Source of the DNA: Podarcis pityusensis
Taxonomy: Eukaryota
DNA length: 64,000 nucleotides
Direction: 5' to 3' (one strand)
Assembly: GCA_964106645.2 (NCBI GenBank)
Contig: OZ078259.1
The position numbers and the translations under genes were made by a program. A model generated the notes under the pieces. That model did no database searches. It worked only from the letters and a program-made list of their open reading frames with translations, and was not told the origin of the DNA. Below, in pieces: positions 62,033 to 64,000 of the stretch (the first letter of the stretch is position 1; each line of letters starts with the position of its first letter).

Positions 62033-64000
62033 TCTGTCCATCTTGATTTCTGAATTTTATTCTGAAATTGTTTTGCTGCTTAGGAGCAGTGTGGTTGCTC
62101 AACTCGAACATGTGAAGTCATTACTGACTTGTCCCATCTCTAAATAATCAAGAGCCTGGAGAGATAGGAGTATAATTTTGTGAACAGAGTGGGGTGGTTT
62201 CGGATTTTCAAAGGCCAGGACTGTTGCTGCTTGAGAGGTTTGTTTGGAGATCTTTGATGAGGATTTCACCAGGAAATAAATTATTTCTCCTTTTCCATCA
62301 GAAGAGGCTAATTTATAAAGGTGAATGGGGCTCTGCCCCACCAGCTTCAGCCAACCCTTGCCTCCCTTGCCTTCTTACTTACATAAGGTCCAATGGGTAG
62401 CACTGGCTGTTACCTTCCCTCTCCTTAGTCTCAGGGTTGCCCTCTTAGAACTCACCAGGGAGGAGAAGGACATGGGACAAAATTAGAATGAGTTGGCTCT
62501 GGCTCTCATTGGCTCTGACTCCACCTACTGTTGGTCTCTCTGCCTTCTGCCCCACTAGATCCAGTGAGCAACACCCACCATTGTGTGGCATGGGCTTTTG
62601 GCAATGGCCTTTTTTTGGGATATAGCTTTTCAGAATGGACTTCAAATCTTGTCACTCAAGCAAATATTACCCCCCCCCCACCGCTGTTAGAAATATCTTC
62701 TTTTCTGACATGTTTTCAATTCCAAGTGACTTGATTTCCTATAAATAAATCTATCTTTATCTGTTGTATTCATTTGTCTCTGGACTGGAATCTTCTGTGC
62801 AGTTAGATGCTCTGTTGCACAGCAATACTATTGGTAAATATATTTTGGCTTTATCAGAGAAAATGAGGCACCTCCAAAGGCATAGACGGCATGAAGTACT
62901 GGCTTACATTGCAATTCTAACCATGTCTACTCAGACATAAGTCCTATTGAATTTAGTGGGGCTTACTCCCAAGTACATGGGCTAGGATTTGAGCCTTAAT
63001 TATGTGTTTGTTGTAATCCTTCCTTATCCTTTATGAGAAGGTCCCAAGTCAGGTTATACCATATATTTTAAAGATGCAATAAAAACAATAAACCACAACA
63101 GCTCTACCCATAACTCCAAGGCAATGTTTCCTTATAGCACATTGCAGGGAAGACATCAAAGGGTAAGGTAAAGAGGTGGTGACTAACAACTAGCTCTTTT
63201 TCTCATGATTATACATGTGCATGGAAGTCTGTGTTTCTGTAAGCAGCTCTTTTCTGAATGCTGACATTTCATGAAGTAATGGACAAACTCCTCTTGGCTT
63301 GGTTCAGTATGGGTTTGGCCAAATCAAAATATTGTTCCACAAAGTCAGAAAATAGCTTAGTTTCTTCTTCATTTTTCCTCCTTTTTTCATTATTGATTTG
63401 GAAATATTATGAAAAGGAAATAAAGAAGGAAATACATCACCAGCTGGCAGTGTCAATAAAAATATTCCATTAATCCTAATTTGAACATATACAGATTAAT
63501 ATAAGAAATCCTTATGCCCAAACAGGTATTTCAAATGAGATTGACTGATAAGCTATGCATTAAAACACAGAAAGGGCAGTGAGAACTTCACATCACTGAG
63601 CAGTAAATGTTGGGTGTTCGTCCTGCTAATTTTGGAGTGCTCACCTGAAGTACTCACAGAATCCGCTTTTGTTGTCCATCTATTAGTCCCCACACCACAG
63701 GAATATAATTTTTGAGCTTTTGTTTTCCTGATCACATTTTTAAAATCCAGAAATTTCACTGTACTCCCAGTGATGGTATCAAGAGCATGAAAGGGCCTGA
63801 ATGCCTCCCGCACACCTTGACTTCCTCAAGCTTCCCATAAACTACTCCTTGCCCTCAAACAAAACTTATCTGGCAGTGACAGTGATGATGGTGACAGCAG
63901 CCCCAACAGCAAGAGTGACCAGGAAACCTACATTCCTTTAGAATGTTGAAGTGGCAATATATTTGATGCCACAAAACATTTTCTCATAAACTGGGACGCC

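Overview
This is eukaryotic, repeat-rich non-coding DNA, almost certainly from a squamate and probably a lacertid lizard, judged from the Sauria SINE, BovB, CR1, L2, L1 and MIR/CORE-like SINE content. I recognise no intact host gene; the ORF track is mostly noise or decayed retroelement RT fragments. The window is a mosaic of LINE 3' ends, SINEs, hAT and Tc1/mariner MITEs and solo LTRs, often nested and many with readable TSDs. It also has microsatellites, a 128-nt N gap and several repeat-free TAAT-rich blocks that could be enhancers. The main finding is three divergent ~0.8-kb TTGC...GCAA elements with no TSD (DIRS/Ngaro-like; 30.1, 44.4 and 54.8 kb). Each carries an ENE-like U-rich internal loop, plus covarying long-range helices that would fold the poly(A) site back next to that loop. 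Family names come from recognition, not database searches, and ends without a TSD are approximate.
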